Below are positions 36,712 to 49,028 of a stretch of 64,000 bases of DNA, one piece after another. This stretch comes from Mobula hypostoma. Its lineage: Eukaryota. The stretch spans positions 148,554,001 through 148,618,000 of the forward strand of contig NC_086097.1 in the NCBI RefSeq assembly GCF_963921235.1, read 5' to 3'. Every line of letters begins with the position of its first letter. The first letter of the stretch is position 1. Below the pieces are notes generated by a model. It was given only the letters and a program-made list of their open reading frames with translations. It was not told the DNA's origin and did no database searches. The position numbers were made by a program, and so were the translations under genes.

Positions 36712-39524
36712 ACCTGTTATCTTTACCTTTTATTCTGACAGGCACTTACAAGTGTTGTACTCTCAAAATTTCACTTTGGAAGGTCTCCCACTTACCAAGT
36801 ACACCTTTGCTAGGAATAACTTGTCCCAATTCATACTTACCAGATCCTGTCTGATACCATCAAAATTGGCCTTCCTCCAACCTAGGATCTCAACCTGCGG
36901 ACCAGACCTATCTTTTTGCATATTTACTTTGAAACTTATGGCACTGTGATCACTAGATGCAAAGCTTTCTCCTACACAAATTTTTGTCACCTGCCCTGTA
37001 TCATTCCCTAATAACAGATCAAGTATCACACAATCTCTTGTTGGGACAGCTATGTACCGATGAAGAAAACTTGACAAACTCTATCCCATCTAGTCCTTTT
37101 AAAGTATGGGAGTCACAGTCAATCTGTGGAAAGTTAAAATCACCTACTATCACAGCCTTATGTTTCTTGCAACAGTCTGTGATCTCTCTACAAATTTGTT
37201 CCTCTAAATCTTTTGTACTGTTGGGTGGTCTGTAATACAGCCCCATTAACATGGTCATGTCTTTCTTATTACTAAGTTTCTCCCATAACTCCTCACTAGA
37301 CGAGTCCTCCAGTCTGTCCTGACACCCCACTAGCACATGGCACAGGTGGGAATCTAGAGATCGCAACATTGGAGGTCCTGCCCTTTAACTTATCATCAAA
37401 ATACTTGAACTCACTTTGCAGTACCTCATCACTCTTCCTATCTATGTCATTGGTCCTTACATGGACCATGACCACTGCACCGTCCCACCTAAGAATGCTG
37501 AGGCCTCGATCTGAGGTATCCTGTGCCCTGATTCCCTGACTCCTGGAAGGCAACATGTTATCAGGGAATCTTGTTCTTGACCATAGAACCTCCTTTCTGT
37601 TCCTCGAGCTATTGAATACCTAATCACGATAGTTCACCTCTTCTCCTTCCTTCCCTTCTGAGTCAGAGCCAGACTCTGTATCAGAGACCCGACTGCTGTG
37701 ACTTTCCTCTGCTAGGTGCACATGTATATGCTGTTGTATGTGTAAACCTGTTGTAGGTGTAAACCTGTTCTTGTAGGGGATGACCACAGGGGTACTCTGA
37801 ACTAACTGTTTAACCTCTTTCCCCTTCCTGACTGTCACCCAATTTCCTGTGTCCTGCACTTTGTGTGTAACTACCTCTTCCTTGTCCTATCTATTACTCC
37901 CACAGCCTCTCAAATGATCCAGAGTTCAGCCAGTTTCAGCTCTAGCTCCTTAACGTTAGAAGCTGCAGCTGGATACACTTCTCACAGTTGCAGTCATCAG
38001 CGACACTGGAGGTCTCCCTGTCTCCCCACATCCCGCAACAGGAGCATTCCACAAACCTGCCTGTCATCTCTACTGTTCCCAGTTCTACTGGGAAAATATA
38101 AAGAAGGAAAAGCAAGTTGGTTGGGGGAGAAACCAAAGTGAGCTACGTCTTCTCAGGCTTCTAATCTCTCCCTACAACTCTAACTACAGCTTTTTTTGCT
38201 TCTCTTGCTGAAGCCCCAAACAACTGAAGCCTCAGAATCTCCTCTGTATCTCTGTCCACTCCAATGATGGCCACTCTGATTCCTTACTTTAATTTTTTCT
38301 TGCCAATCAATCACAAACACTGATTGGGCGATGCTCAAAACACCACGAAACACTGCCTTTTCTACTCATTCAGCAGACCTGAGTGACTACGTCTTCTCAG
38401 ACTTCCAAGTTCTCTATTTGGGCACTGCTTAAAAGGACTTGGGAGTCCTTGTGCAGGATTCCCTAAAGGTTAACTTGCAGGTTGAGTGAGTTGTCAGGAA
38501 GGAAAATGCAATGTTAGTGTTAATTTCAGAAATATAAGAGAAAAGGTGTAATGCTGAAGCTCTTTAGGACATTGGTCAGACTGGACTTGGAATATTGTGA
38601 GCAGCTTTGAAGCCCTTATCTCAGAAAAGACTTGCAGTCTTTGCAGAGGATCCAGAGGAGGTTCTCGAGACTGATTCTTGCAATGAAACGGTTATCATAT
38701 GAGGAACAATTGGTAACATTAGGCCTGCACTCACTGGTGTTTAGAAGAATGAAGGGGTACCTCATTGAAACCTATTGAAAACTGAAAGGTCTCGATAGTG
38801 TGGATGTGAAGAGGAAGTTTCCTATTGTGGGTGATCTAGGACCAAAGGGCACATTGAGGGATGTCCATTTAGAACGGAGGTGAGGAGAAATTTCTTTAAC
38901 TAGGGTGGTGAATCTGTTGAAGTCATTGTCACGGATGGCTGTGGATGCCAAGTTAATGGGTATATTTAAAGTGGAGATTGATAGTTTCTTGATTAGTCAG
39001 GGTGTTAAAGGTTGTGAGGAGGAAGCAGGAGAATGGGGTTGAGAGGGAAAATAAATCTGCTATGATGGATTTCCGGACAGGCTCAATGGGCTAAATGGCC
39101 TAATAAGTCTTATGGTCTCATGCGAAGTGCCAAAGAATTATTGAGTCTAGCTCACGGCTCGTTGCAGCTTCTGCACATTCTAATTGGCATAACAGACCAA
39201 GATACAACCAGTCAGGATAATTTCAACAGTATATCTGTAGAACTTTGTTAGAGTGCTTCTAAGGAAGTTAAGAAGCTGTTGTGCCTTTCTTGAGATTGAT
39301 CAATTCAGACAAAGTACTTTTTACATTTGGTCTCAAGCACCATTTTGGAACTAATTCAGACTGATCTTTTCATGCTGCACTCTATATTATTGTGTCCAGG
39401 CTTATTAATTAATCAGTCTCCTGTCCAACAGACGAGATCCCACAGAAATTAAAAGAACAGAGGAGTTTTATCAAAGTCCTGGCCAATATTTAAACCTCAC
39501 ATAAGTAGAATTATTTCAGTGGAG

Positions 39525-39745
39525 ACATGAAACACTCCAGTTCCTGGAATCTGGAGTAAAAAATGAGCTGCTGGAGGAACTCAGTGGGTCAGGAGGAAAA
39601 AGGATAGTCAATCATTTGGGTTAAAACCCTTCATCCTAAAGTCCAGATGAAGGGTCATGACCTGGAATGTCCATTGTCCATTTTCCTCCACAGACGCTGA
39701 GCTCCACTGACTCACTGAGTTCCTCTAGAAGCTCACTGTTTGCTA
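39525..39745. mobile_element. Inverted pair of old Penelope-like termini
   Basis: gagctgctggaggaactcagtgggtcag...acccttcatc versus gatgaagggtc...ctgactcactgagttcctctagaagctc. Confidence 0.65.
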
Positions 39746-40377
39746 TTGATTTATCCCAACACTAGTTATAAAGTTTACAGTGCACAATTGGAAACAGTTA
39801 TCCTTTCACCACACCAACTTCAGTTCCAAGTGCTTTGGAATATACTGAGCTTGAAAATATCTTTTCTGCCTGTATACCACCAGCTTTTCTTTGTAGACCA
39901 ATTAATTTTGGAACATGTTCCTATGTGAATATACATTTCCACCATCTCCTAAGGCATGTCTCCTAATTTTACTCTATTTTTCCCCAACTAAGCTGAAACC
40001 ACTGGGCTTTCTATTCCTTCTAAGTGAACAGAAAATATTGCATTGCTTCATCACTTCAGAAATCCATTATTCCCTACTTCCAATGGTTTTCCAATGGTGT
40101 CCAGGACATTTGCTGTTCAGACGCTACATGCTAAATATTTCTCCTAAATTCCTTGCCACATCTCACACTTCCTTAAAAAAATGATTTAAACCTTTTTTTG
40201 CTCAATTGTCCTATTGTCTCCTTTCGGTTAATGATAATTTTGTCTTAATATATTCCTGTGGGATAAAGTAATGTGCTTGTCATTATCCTGTTTGCTATTA
40301 ATATCGTGAGGATGGAAATTACCCTCAGCGATCTTAGTCGTGGTTATTTTTATGTTTAAATATTGCCTACTTGGCCG

Positions 40378-40620
40378 TTCTTCTTTGGCTGTCCCTCAGG
40401 ATAAAGGGTGATTTGCTCTCATTCGGATTTTGTGGACTTTAAGGTGGCTAATGAGGCTAGTGTGGGAACCACACATCACTACAGATGGAGCAGGGGTAAG
40501 ACTAGTTTTGTGAGTGCACTCCTTTTGCCATGTGTAGTCTTTCTCTGTGCTCCCTCTGCATGCCCTTGAGGTTCTCAATACCACCCCAATTGACAGTGAG
40601 CTCAGAGACATCTTGGCCTG
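40378..40620 (-). mobile_element. RTE-clade LINE 3' fragment
   Basis: C-terminal CGSHTSLISHLKVH motif, short 3'UTR and GAA-type tail. Confidence 0.6.
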
Positions 40621-40637
40621 TTGTTCATGTATACATA

Positions 40638-41179
40638 CATACATTGGCCACTTCAATTCTGTACAGGAGTAGAACCCAGTGTATTTTCTGCTGCTACAGC
40701 CCATCCACTTCAAGGTTCAATGTTTTGAGCATTCAGAGATGCTCTTCTACACACCACTGTTGCAACTCATGGTTATTTGAGTCGCTGTCCCCTTCCTGTC
40801 AGCTTGAACTAGTCTGGCCATTCACTTCTGACCTCTCATTGACAAGGCATTTCCACCCGCAGAACAGCTGCTCACTGGATTTTTTTTTGTTTTTTGCAAC
40901 ATTCTATGTAAACTCTAGAGACGGTTGTACATGAAAATCCCAGGAGATCAGCAGTTTCTGCGATACTCAAACCACCCTATCTGGCACCAGCAATCATTCC
41001 ACTCAAGTCACCTAAATCATATTTCATCCCCATTCTGATGTTTGATCTGAACAATAACGGAACTTTTTAACCATGTCTGGATGCTTTTATGCATTGAGTT
41101 GCTGCTACATTTTTGGGTGATTAAGTATTTGCCTTAACAGCAGGTGTACAGGTGTACCTAATAAAGTGGCCACTGAGTG
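40638..41179 (-). mobile_element. Non-autonomous Tc1-like element (same family as 22072-22607)
   Basis: TIR GTACCTAATAAAGTGGCCACTGAGTG ending 41179, degenerate opposite TIR at 40638 preceded by TA, transposase N-terminal remnant. Confidence 0.85.
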
Positions 41180-41212
41180 CATACTCCAGCAGAGGTTTCT
41201 ATTCGGTGTCAT

Positions 41213-42904
41213 GATTCAAAGATTCAAAGTACATTTAAAATCAAAGTATAATAGAGAGTACAACTGAGAATATAAGCGGAGCTTAGGAGGGTTAATGGCA
41301 CCTAACGGTGACTCCTTTGCTTACATCTACAGAAACAACTCTATTTCCATCTTCAATATCTCTATTTTTCCCTTTTAGGGTTCTTTTGAAGACCCTGACC
41401 TGGAGTTACACATTGACTACGGTTCTTTGCAGGAATCGGACCCGCTCTTGGGGTTCCACAATCGGCTGTTGTTGTTCAGCACGCTAAAGGCTCAGCCTGA
41501 GTCCGGCTTGGATTCAGAAGCCTAGGATCTCGGGACTCTGGAGACAGGTGGATCAAGGGTCAGTGTCACAACAGGAGACCTGTGTGTCGTTGGGTGGGTC
41601 AGGATATCTGTGACTGTGTGCCTGGAGACCCAGGATCTTTGCGATCTTCAGGCACAGAGCTCGAAAAAAGCGACGTAACTGATTTTTAACATCATAAACC
41701 AATGAGTTGCTTGCTATGTTTCCCTGCTCGCTGGGAAAATGGAGATACCTCTTTCTCCCTTATTAGGGAGAGAGAGAGAGAACCTGTGGTATGTTGAATA
41801 CTGGGTGAAACAGAAAGTCTTTGGGGTAACTGCAAGTCTGTGTCTATGCTATTGCTTTGCTCACACCTGAGTGCTTGGTGGTGGCACCAAAGGGGGGATT
41901 TTTGCTTGCTGCTGCTTATGTGTGGGAGGGGGAGAGCTGGGGAAGAGCTGGGGTTTGGGGTTCTAACATTTAACTGTTGTTCATTCTTTGGGGCACTCCT
42001 CTTTTTTTCGTGGATGTTTGCGAAAAAAAGGCATTTCAGGATATATATTGTACACCTTTCTCTGACATTAAATTGTACCTTTGAACCTTTGAATTCTGAA
42101 ATTTGTCCTCCCACTGACAGCCACACAACAAAGAAACATTACGGTACCCATTCAAGAAATAATCAAACACCCAACACGTGAAAAATGAACAAATTTGCAA
42201 ACGGCAAAAAGCGAGTGAACAACACATAGAATATCAACTTAAACCAGGAGTCTAGCAGTATACAGTTTAGTTCAGTCCAGTGCCATGCCACACCACTAGC
42301 CCACTGCCAGCTTCAGGTCCACTCTTCACCAAAGTGTCCCAGTCCACATTGATCACCCTTATCAAACTGCTGAAAAACAGCAAAAACAAAAGAGAAATCA
42401 GGATCCAGGAGCACATGCAACGTAAACTTCAGTCCCACAGAATGGGTGCACAGCCTTGCTGATCAATCCTTGCAACGTGGATCCCAAGTCTCCTGCACTT
42501 TCGTCCAACAGCAGCTAGGCAGAGGGAGAGGAAGACTGGTCAAAAGCCGGCAGACAGCGCTGAACACCCACCCATCCTCCGCTCTCGTCCTTGTCGACTT
42601 CAGCCTTGCTCGATACCTCAATTGTAGAGAAGCAACGGAGATGATCATGGGCTCGTGACCCATCTCCAGGTTTCCAGGCCCCACACTCTGCTCTAAACAT
42701 CATCAGAGTCCCTTGGAGACAGCAAGTGCCACGTCCCTCAATCGGCTCAAAAGCACATCATCGATATGTAAGTTACAGGTTCCAATCACATGTAGCTTAC
42801 TAGTGGAATCATATTTGAAAGAAGAAGAAGTACAAGTAGTAAAAGGAATAGTTTTGTGAACTGCCTGCAGGATGTCATTGTTCGCTGGTGCCATCATGAA
42901 GAGA
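41213..42904 (-). mobile_element. Non-coding retroposon-like element hosting 41275-42093
   Basis: Tail TACTTTGATTTTAAATGTACTTTGAATCTTTGAATC at the low end, head CTTCATGATGGCACC at about 42900. Confidence 0.55.
41275..42093 (+). mobile_element. Non-coding retroposon-like element (about 820 bp), copy 1
   Basis: End-to-end similar to the reverse complement of 53026-53840. Tail ACATTAAATTGTACCTTTGAACCTTTGAA. Confidence 0.85.
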
Positions 42905-43009
42905 CCAATGCCTGTAAAAGCAACACTAATTCCTTCTTTTGGTTTCAACTAAACAATTCATTTTAAATGAGAGTACTGATAATATCTCAAACTTAAATTG
43001 CAATATTCA

Positions 43010-43112
43010 AGCAACACACACAAAATGCTGGAGGAACTCAGCAGATCAGGCAACATCTACGGAAAAGAGTACAGTCGATGTTTCGGGCCAAGACCATTCA
43101 GCAGGACTGGAG
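43010..43112 (-). mobile_element. Penelope-like terminal fragment with hammerhead motif (43072-43109)
   Basis: Reverse complement CAGTC-CTGCTGA-ATGGTCTTGGCCC-GAAAC-ATC-GACTG. Confidence 0.75.
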
Positions 43113-45079
43113 TGCAAAGATGATAGCAATATCCGTGCTATTTCCAGCACCAGTCCCTACCTACTTTAAAGACCTATCCTCATCACAAGCGTGCACAAAG
43201 CCATACAAGCTAAAATTTCCACCTAACAAACAAATTTAACTTCAGTTTTAACACAACCCTCCTCCCCCATACTTAACAACTTTTGTAATTGAAGAATTTC
43301 GTCTAATTTAGCAATAGGCCAACAGGTTCTTTCAAGCTACATGCAGTGCTAATGGTTACATGAACTCCATTGTTGCTGTAATAATACTAGCTAGACTTTA
43401 ATTATCCAGAAACAACCCTAACCTCAACTGTTACCTTTTCCCAATAGACAAATTATAAATTTGATTTGACATTGGCCCTTAAAGTCTATCATAAACTGTA
43501 ACTTTAACACTTACTATAACCCAGACTCTTTACTCATTTTGCTTGATACCTAACACCATTTACACATTCAGACATTGAATCATAGAATGAAATAGAACAA
43601 GAAGCAGCATTCTACTCACTATGAGATGAGTCTTTGACATTTACCCAAAACTCTGTGTTTAATATTCAACATAATCTGCTTAGTTTCCTTTTTTACCCTT
43701 AATATCCAATGCCATTTAAGCATTTAAATATGCTTACTATCGTCTCAATATTTTTTATTTGGGGACATGAGTATCATTGGCAAGGTTATTAACCCCACCT
43801 GATCCTTAACAGTTAATCTATTACCATTTTAACTTCAAACAGTTTACTAAATTAAATCCATTTACATATCATCCTTATATCTAACTTAACTCCACAGTAA
43901 CATTACCCTTCATAATTATCCTAGCCTCAGTTTTAATCCCACACAGATAAATATATCAACTGAAATTATATTTACTGAAATGCTTACATTGAGATATTAG
44001 CACCTTTTAAACTAGCTTTAGTTCAAATCTTATCGTTAAATGTTTATCTTGACATTAAGACCTATCACATCTTCTCTTAACCTAACTTCCTCCTTCATTT
44101 TGGCCTCAGTCTTTCCTTCTAACAGCTTCAGGATTCTAAATTATAACCTTGTCACCAGCTAATTGCTATGCTTTCCAACACAGGAGGCATCCTGCATTAG
44201 GTCTGCATGATAGTTACCCAGCTCTGTTGATAAAACAAATTTCCATTGTTCTCCTAAATCCTATCTCTCACAGTTCCCCCAAATCTACCTTTAACCCTTT
44301 AATAGTTATCAATATTTTGAGTAGGAGCATCGCCAGCATTTGGAAGACTTCCTAAGGTATGAAGTAGTTAACTCTATTCTTCATAAGTGACCTAAATAAT
44401 AACAATTTGAAAGTTTTTGAAAGTCAACTGTTACCAAGGACAGTTTCTTGAACTAAAAGCAATTCTGCTTTTTGTTTTTTATCAAGTACTTTTGATGCCC
44501 ATGGCTTCACATTTGCTGACAGATCTACTATTTTTTTTGCAGCTTGTCACCTCACAGTATAGCTGTCACTTCCTACTCCTCCCCCAGGGGAAATGTCTCA
44601 GAATTTATATGGAAAGATATCTATCTGAATCCATGTTTCTTCCTTCTGCTCCTCCCTGCTGTCACTTCAATCAATAGCACATGTGACACTGGCGTCCCAA
44701 TCTAACTTGACCGTTCCACTGATGTATTATTTACAGCCAGCTCATATTCTCACAGCACAGATCTCAATCAAATGTTTTTCAGAAGCTCCTTCAAGGATAA
44801 ATCTGGAATACTTGGTCTCTAGCCTCTGGGCAACTGTTTGTTAGCAGTGCATACATCAAACAAATTGTTTTCTTGTGTGTAAAAAAACTTTTTGAGTGAA
44901 AGTAAAAAATGCAAACCAAAGAAAAAGCATGCATTCTCTTTCTATATTTTCTATCCCATGTGGTGATGTAGTGTAAAGTTTCACAATGTGTACAGTCCAG
45001 CAGTGGATGAGCAAATATTCACGCCAACTCATTGAAGCATAAAAAGTAACGTCAAAAATCTGCAGATGCTGCAAACAGC

Positions 45080-46780
45080 ATATAGAACCAAGAACAGGAC
45101 AGTACAGAACTGGCCTTTGACCCATAATGTTGTGTCAACACTATGACCTACTCTTATGATCAATCTAACCCTTCCCTCCCCCATAGCACTCAACTTTTCT
45201 TTCATCCATGTTTCTATCTAAGGCTACGTCCACACTAGACCAGATAGATCTGTAACCAAAGCTTTTTCTCTTCGTTTTGACCCTCCCTCCGCACTGAAAC
45301 GGTGTTTTCCTCCCCCAAAAACAGAGCTTTTCTAAAACGCTCTCCAGAGTGTTTAAATCTGAAAACGCCGGTTAGGCGTTGTACTGTGTACGGGGTAACC
45401 GGAGCTTTTTAAAAACGCTGTCATGACGTGCCGGAACAGATGGTGGCGGCAGCACGGCATTTCACTGTTTTCTTGAATGCATATAGCATTCTTTATAGCG
45501 GTCGTGGATGTCATTGTATTTGGTTTGACACGACTCCCAGTCCCACGTTCTCCACTGCTTTGCTGACTTCGTAGTCGTTTGTAACTCGCAGAAGCAGCTT
45601 GACTTCATCGTCTGTCCAAATGAAGAAGTCCGGTCTGCTTTTGCCAGCAGAGGTTTTCTTAGTATTCCTCGAAGACATTGTTGAAAACTTTCTTTCACTG
45701 TTGTTGTAGGTACTCTAGCTTTTGACCAATGGAAATAGCACAACGCTGCTGCAGAAACAGAAATAGTACACCGTTTCCTCTTTGCTTGTTTTCTGTAGAT
45801 GTGTCCTGCGCATGCCCAATCGGAGGAGATTTGCCCAAATACGCGTTTTAATGTGGATGGAGGTATTTTCAAAAACGCCTGGTGTGGTCGCCTATTGTTT
45901 TTACGCGAAACCGGTGTTTTCAGAACTACCTGGTCTAGTGTAGACGTAGTTAAGTGTCCCTAATGTATCTGCCTCTTCCACCACCAACCATTGGCAGCAT
46001 GTTCCACAAACCTAACACTGTGTAAAGAGCCTATATCTGATATTTCCCCTCCTATACTTTACCCCCAATCACCTTAAAATTATGCCCCTTCATTTTAGTT
46101 AGTTCTACCTTGGGAAAAAGTCTCTGGCTGTCCACTCCATCTATGCTTCTTATCATCTTGTATACCTCTATCGTCACCTCTTACCCTTCTTCATTCCAAA
46201 GCAAATTACCCTAGCTCACTCAACCGATCCTCCTAAGACGTGCTCTCTAATTCAGGCAGCATCTTAGTAAGTCTCCTCTGTATCCTATCTAAAGCTTTCA
46301 CATCCTTTCTATAATGAGGAGACCAAGATGGAACACAATATTCTAAGTGTGGACTAATGAGGGTTTTGTAGAGCTGCAACATTATCTCGTGGTTCTTGAA
46401 CTGAATCCCCCAACTAATAAAGACCAATATACCATATGGCTTCTTAATCACCCTAACAATTTGCAAAACAACTGGATCCCTTGGGCACATGGACCTCAAG
46501 ATCCTTCTATTTCTCCACACTGCTAAGAATCCTTCCATTAACCCTGTACTCTGACATCAGGCTTGACTTCCCAAAGTGTATCACCTCACACTATTCCAGG
46601 ATGAACTCCATCTGCCACTTCTCAGCCCAGCTCTGTATTCTGCCAATATCCCTGGCAACCCTCTACTTTATCCACAACACAACCAACCTTTGTGTCATTT
46701 GCAAACTTACTATCTCACCCTTACATTTTCTCATCCAAATCATTGATATAAATTGCAAAGTGTAGGGGTCACTGGAACAG
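45080..46780 (-). mobile_element. CR1 3' fragment interrupted by a Harbinger element
   Basis: ORF 46233..46538 LYKTLISPHLEYCVPSWSPHYRKD; 3'UTR split at TAA. Confidence 0.9.
45222..45950 (-). mobile_element. Non-autonomous PIF/Harbinger transposon with Myb/SANT-like gene remnant
   Basis: TIRs GGCTACGTCCACACTAGACCAGATA and TACCTGGTCTAGTGTAGACGTAG, TAA on both sides (45219-45221, 45951-45953). Remnant FIWTDDEVKLLLRVT...DWESCQTKYNDIHDRYKE. Confidence 0.85.
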
Positions 46781-46849
46781 TAAGAGAGTTGTACTGCCTG
46801 TAGTACCACTGTGCTATCCAATCTTAAATCTTAGAATCACAGAACTATT

Positions 46850-46985
46850 AACATAAGAGATTCTGCAGGTGCTGGAAATCGAGAGCAACACACACAAAAT
46901 GCTAGTAAAACTCAGCAGGTCAGGCAGCATCTATGGAGAGGAATAAACAGTCGATGTTTTGGGCCAAGACCCCTCATCAGGATTA
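46850..46985 (-). mobile_element. Penelope-like terminal fragment, hammerhead with canonical CUGAUGA but decayed GAAA
   Basis: Reverse complement of 46948-46985: TAATC-CTGATGA-GGGGTCTTGGCCC-AAAAC-ATC-GACTG. Confidence 0.75.
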
Positions 46986-48782
46986 TCAGACACAGGGGAA
47001 GATAAGCTGACTCATAACCTAAATTCAGTCAGTCCCATTCTACTAGTCTTTCCCCGAAGCCCTGTAAATTACTTCTAATTGTGCCTAATCAATTCCACTT
47101 TAAAAGTGCTGATTAAACTTGTTTCTACCAGCTTTACAAGCAGTATCTTCCAGATAAGAATGACTTCCTACACAGTAAAAGAATTTCCTTAAATTCCCCT
47201 CCATCTTTGACCTATAACTTAAAATTTGTGCTGACTAGCAATTGAATAAGCTTATAATTGGAACAGATTCTCTTATTTATCTACATAAATTCATCATTAT
47301 ATTCAAACTTTTTGAATCATCTACCAAATGTCTTTATTTGTGCTATCTGATACAAAGTCTCTCATCAAAGCGCATTCTCTATCTAGAATTGAACATTGGA
47401 AAGCATCTCTTGTCAGCCTTCCCTGAACTTAAGATTATTCAAAATTCTGACTACATGTCTTAATTCACCCATCGTTTCTATTTGCTCTGCATTAAATGAA
47501 GATGCTATTTTAAAATTCTAACCCCTCTATTACTCTGTTATTTGCTCTCTCTGAAATTTCCTCTGGTGTTATATAAGCTCTCCTCCAATCGTATCTCCTC
47601 GGTTAATAGACTGCACCTGTGTGCAACAAGATCTGAACAGGATCCAAATTTATGCTGACAAACAGCATATCGATGAGAAGGGATCCCTGGTTGCAAAGCA
47701 AGGACTAACTTCCTCCTATTAATATTCATCTACAGCTGCAACCATCACATTGAGGGACAGACATTGACAAAAAATTGGGCCATACTCGTAGGCAAGACAA
47801 ATGCAGCCAAGAAGCTGAATTTTTGGCAATAAGTATCTTAACAATATGATCTTCAAAATTGTTTCCTCCATCACCAAAACCGCTGCAGTTCTCAATATAA
47901 TAAATTTAACCTTAAACAAACACTTGTTAATAATCATATACAGTTCCTGTAAACTGTCTTGTCTGATCAAGTTTGAGAACTAATCCAGGAATATAGGAGC
48001 TACTCGTCTTATTTCATCAGGTCTGAACACTTGCTATAGTGCTCAGACACAAACATCTCAGCATATGAAGCACATTTGTCTGGCATGAAGGCAACTTCCC
48101 AAGTACTGTATATATGCCTTTTTTTTCAGGCCTTATCCTGGATAAGGCCTCAGGTATCAAAGGTAAAGCCCTTCAATATCCTATAAAATATTTTGGTCAA
48201 TCAGGCTTAATTTTGTCACCAGGATTTAACATTTCTCAAGCAAACACCAGAGGGAAAACTTCATAACACACCAGAAAGTTTAAGTTATGTGTTATTTTCA
48301 CAGGACTGAAGCTTCAAATAGGATCACACTCTGCATTCACATTCAATATATCTGCTGGGACATTTGATACCATGCTGAAACAAACCTTATGCTGCTTCTA
48401 TATAACAGTTTTAGCAATGCCCAACTGTTGTTGTATATATGGGATCATGTATTCACATTTCTAGCATGTGAAATTTTCTTAGAAACAGCTTTAATCCAAC
48501 ATCACATGATATATGGGAAGATGACCTTTTACTCTTCCTTTCCCTTCTCTATCAAAATTTATTCCTCACATTGATAAAAATACACTCCTTCCTGGACTAC
48601 AGCTCCTTGGGTCCTATACTAGTTGTACAACCTCAACAGATATTTGTATTTATATAGCACCTTTAATATACTGAAATAGCTGCTGGTGATTCTCAGATTC
48701 ATAATCGGGCAAAAGGTAAATGAAAAGAAAGATTATATTAGGAATGATTGAAAATATTTGGTTGAAGAAGTAGGATACCCAT

Positions 48783-49028
48783 GTGGCACAATAGCATAGT
48801 GGTTGGCGTAAAGCTATTATAGCACCAGAGACCCAGCTTCAGTTCCTGCCACTGTCTGTAAGGAGTTTGTACATTCTGCACGTGATTGTGTGGGTTTCCT
48901 CCAGGTGCTTTGGTTCCTCCCACACTCCAAAGATGTAGGTTAATTGGTCACATAGGTGTAATTTGGTGGCATGGACCATTGAGATGCAAAAACCTGTTAC
49001 TGTGCTGTATCTGGAAATGAAATAAAAT
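48783..49028 (+). mobile_element. V-domain tRNA-SINE
   Basis: A box TAGCATAGTGG, core ggagtttgtacattct...gggtttcctccaggtgctttggttcctcccacactccaaaga, A-rich tail. Confidence 0.8.

Larger units (their letters stand above)
32885..38430 (-). mobile_element. Near-full-length decayed CR1 (5'UTR, ORF1, ORF2, tail) with three later insertions
   Basis: ORF1 zinc finger VECSCCGMW...CNCEKCIQLQLL, HVRTND esterase, [26 protein letters not shown]. Bounded by a 29-bp direct repeat at 32856-32884 and 38431-38459. Confidence 0.88.
29300..39118 (+). mobile_element. Host CR1 ORF2 + 3'UTR in pieces (29300-30640, 32185-32440, 32790-32884, 38431-39118)
   Basis: EN motifs (AILDWVLCNEP, PLGGSDHN), KSPAPDGLHP/VPEDWKIA, RT C-terminus and tail. 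Pieces are joined by TSDs. Confidence 0.85.

Noticed and set aside
47538..47970. Adjacent minus-strand ORFs as a pseudogene
   Set aside because: No recognisable protein similarity.
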